Part shown: in pieces, positions 62,464 to 64,000 of the stretch | How positions within the stretch are numbered: position 1 is the first letter of the stretch | Layout: every line of letters starts with the position of its first letter | Source of the DNA: Octopus sinensis | Taxonomy: Eukaryota | Direction: 5' to 3' | Length of the DNA: 64,000 bases | NCBI RefSeq assembly: GCF_006345805.1 | Contig: NC_043023.1 | Span: forward strand, 7,874,001-7,938,000 | Program-made: the position numbers and the translations under genes | Notes under the pieces: model-generated | Seen by the model: the letters and a program-made list of their open reading frames with translations, nothing else | The model's database searches: none | Told to the model about the DNA's origin: nothing

Positions 62464-63109
62464 GGATTTTTTTCCGTTTGACTGGCAGTTTTTTCTAGCG
62501 GTGTCATATGAAATTGTCACCCATAATTATGACCCTAGTATCGATCTATTGCATTTCAATCTGTTTTAGGGTTAGGGTTAGTTAGGGTTAGGGTTAGGGG
62601 TGGGGGAAAGGGTATCTTTTTTCTTCACAAATGTAAATAAACCCAATCTGTTTCTTAAACAAGGGACATATTCATATGGCACAGAATGTTTTCCCCTCAA
62701 TAGATGTCACTGATTGGTTGAAATTGCCGAAATGCTTGAAATTAAAGTGGAAATATGTTATAACATATAGAATTTTCTCAATAATGCCAAGAAATAAATG
62801 ATGTTTTATAAACACACTCTACCAGTATACGAAGTTTAAAAGTGTTTAGTTAACTAGAAATTGTGTTGACATGTGTCGTTCAAAAGGAAAAGATCTGAAT
62901 GTTTTTTACCTCAATGGATGTCATTGATTGGTTGGAACTGCAGAAATTGAAGAAAAAGAACAAAAAATATCTTACAAACTATAGAATTTTCTCAATAAAG
63001 CCAAGAGAAAAAGATGTTTTATAAACACATTCTACCAGTATACGAAGTTTAAAATTTTTTAGTTACCTACAAATTATGTTAAAAACTGCCGTTCAAACTG
63101 AAAAGATCC
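62464..63109. mobile_element. Same MITE family, right half duplicated, internal (TTAGGG)n
   Basis: GGAT..TTCCGTTTGACTGGCAG ... CTGCCGTTCAAACTGAAAAGATCC, with an extra right TIR near 62880-96. Reverse-oriented internal fragments at about 16176-16515. Confidence 0.7.
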
Positions 63110-64000
63110 CCTTTTGGGGAAGGGGTAATTTTGGCTGCTATTTCTTGCCAACTGAGCAAGAGGGGTCATAGCATAGAAAGACGGGTTACTTGTTGGTTGT
63201 TACCACTTCCAAATGGTCGTTGATCTCGGCAGCTCGTCAATGAATTCAGAAATAAAGACAGTTTAGGGAAAAGCAACAAAACGTCTACCAGCATCCATGA
63301 GTGACCTACATGGGCTCAAAGCAGCCATCAGCTGACACACATCGTGACAGCTGATTGGTCAAACTGGTTTTGTCGAAGTGACACAAGATAAGGGCAAACA
63401 GCACTTGTCTTGCAAGGAAAAAATCATTTTGCAGCCAAATTCTAGTTTAAGCACCTCATATAACTCTATTATTTGTTTCAGTCATTGACTGTGGCCATGC
63501 TGGAGCACTGCCTTTAATCGAGCAAATCGACCCCAGGACTTATTCTTTGTAAGCCTAGTACTTATTCTATCGGTGTCTTTTGTCGACCCGCTAAGTATAC
63601 TCTTTTACTTGTTTCAGTCATTGACTGTGGCCATGCTGGAGCACTGCCTTTAATCGAGCAAATCGACCTCAGGACTTATTCTTTGTAAGCCTAGTACTTA
63701 TTCTATCGTTCTCTTTCGCCGAACCGCTAAGTTACGGGGATGTAAACACACCAGCATCAGTTGTCAAGTGATGTTGGGGAGACAAACACAGACACACAAA
63801 CATACACACGCATATATATACATATATATGTATACAGCAGGCTTCTTTCAGTTTCCATCTACCAAATCCACTCACAAGGCTTTGGTTGGCCCGAGGCTTT
63901 AGTAGAAGACACTTGCCCAAGGTGCCACACAGTGGGACTGAACCTGGAACCATGTGGTTGGTAAGCAAGCTACTTACCACACATCCTTACGTTCTGAGTT

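Overview
AT-rich, repeat-saturated animal genomic DNA. The SINE/RTE repertoire, the very long (TA)n/(CA)n microsatellites and a stand-alone C2H2 gene suggest an octopus or other coleoid cephalopod (inference, not verified). The only supportable host gene is a single-coding-exon, 7-finger C2H2 zinc-finger ORF (20186-21604, minus). A DREAM-type CDE/CHR motif lies about 2.2 kb upstream of it. The rest is tRNA-derived SINEs (CORE-type and Meta-like), RTE, CR1 and Tx1/L1 LINE fragments, mariner/Tc1 relics, piggyBac and hAT MITEs, non-autonomous Helitrons, telomere-repeat-bearing MITEs, a diverged 28S rRNA fragment and microsatellites. The main discovery is a family of non-coding fold-back elements beside (TA)n tracts that carry type I hammerhead ribozyme motifs. 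I read 3 canonical, 1 near-canonical and 4 decayed motifs by eye. They share a self-complementary stem III (dimer-type) whose sequence differs between copies, and most have an unusually long (about 53-73 nt) hairpin in stem II. All analysis was by eye; coordinates of degenerate repeats are approximate and several stretches show long-read homopolymer errors.
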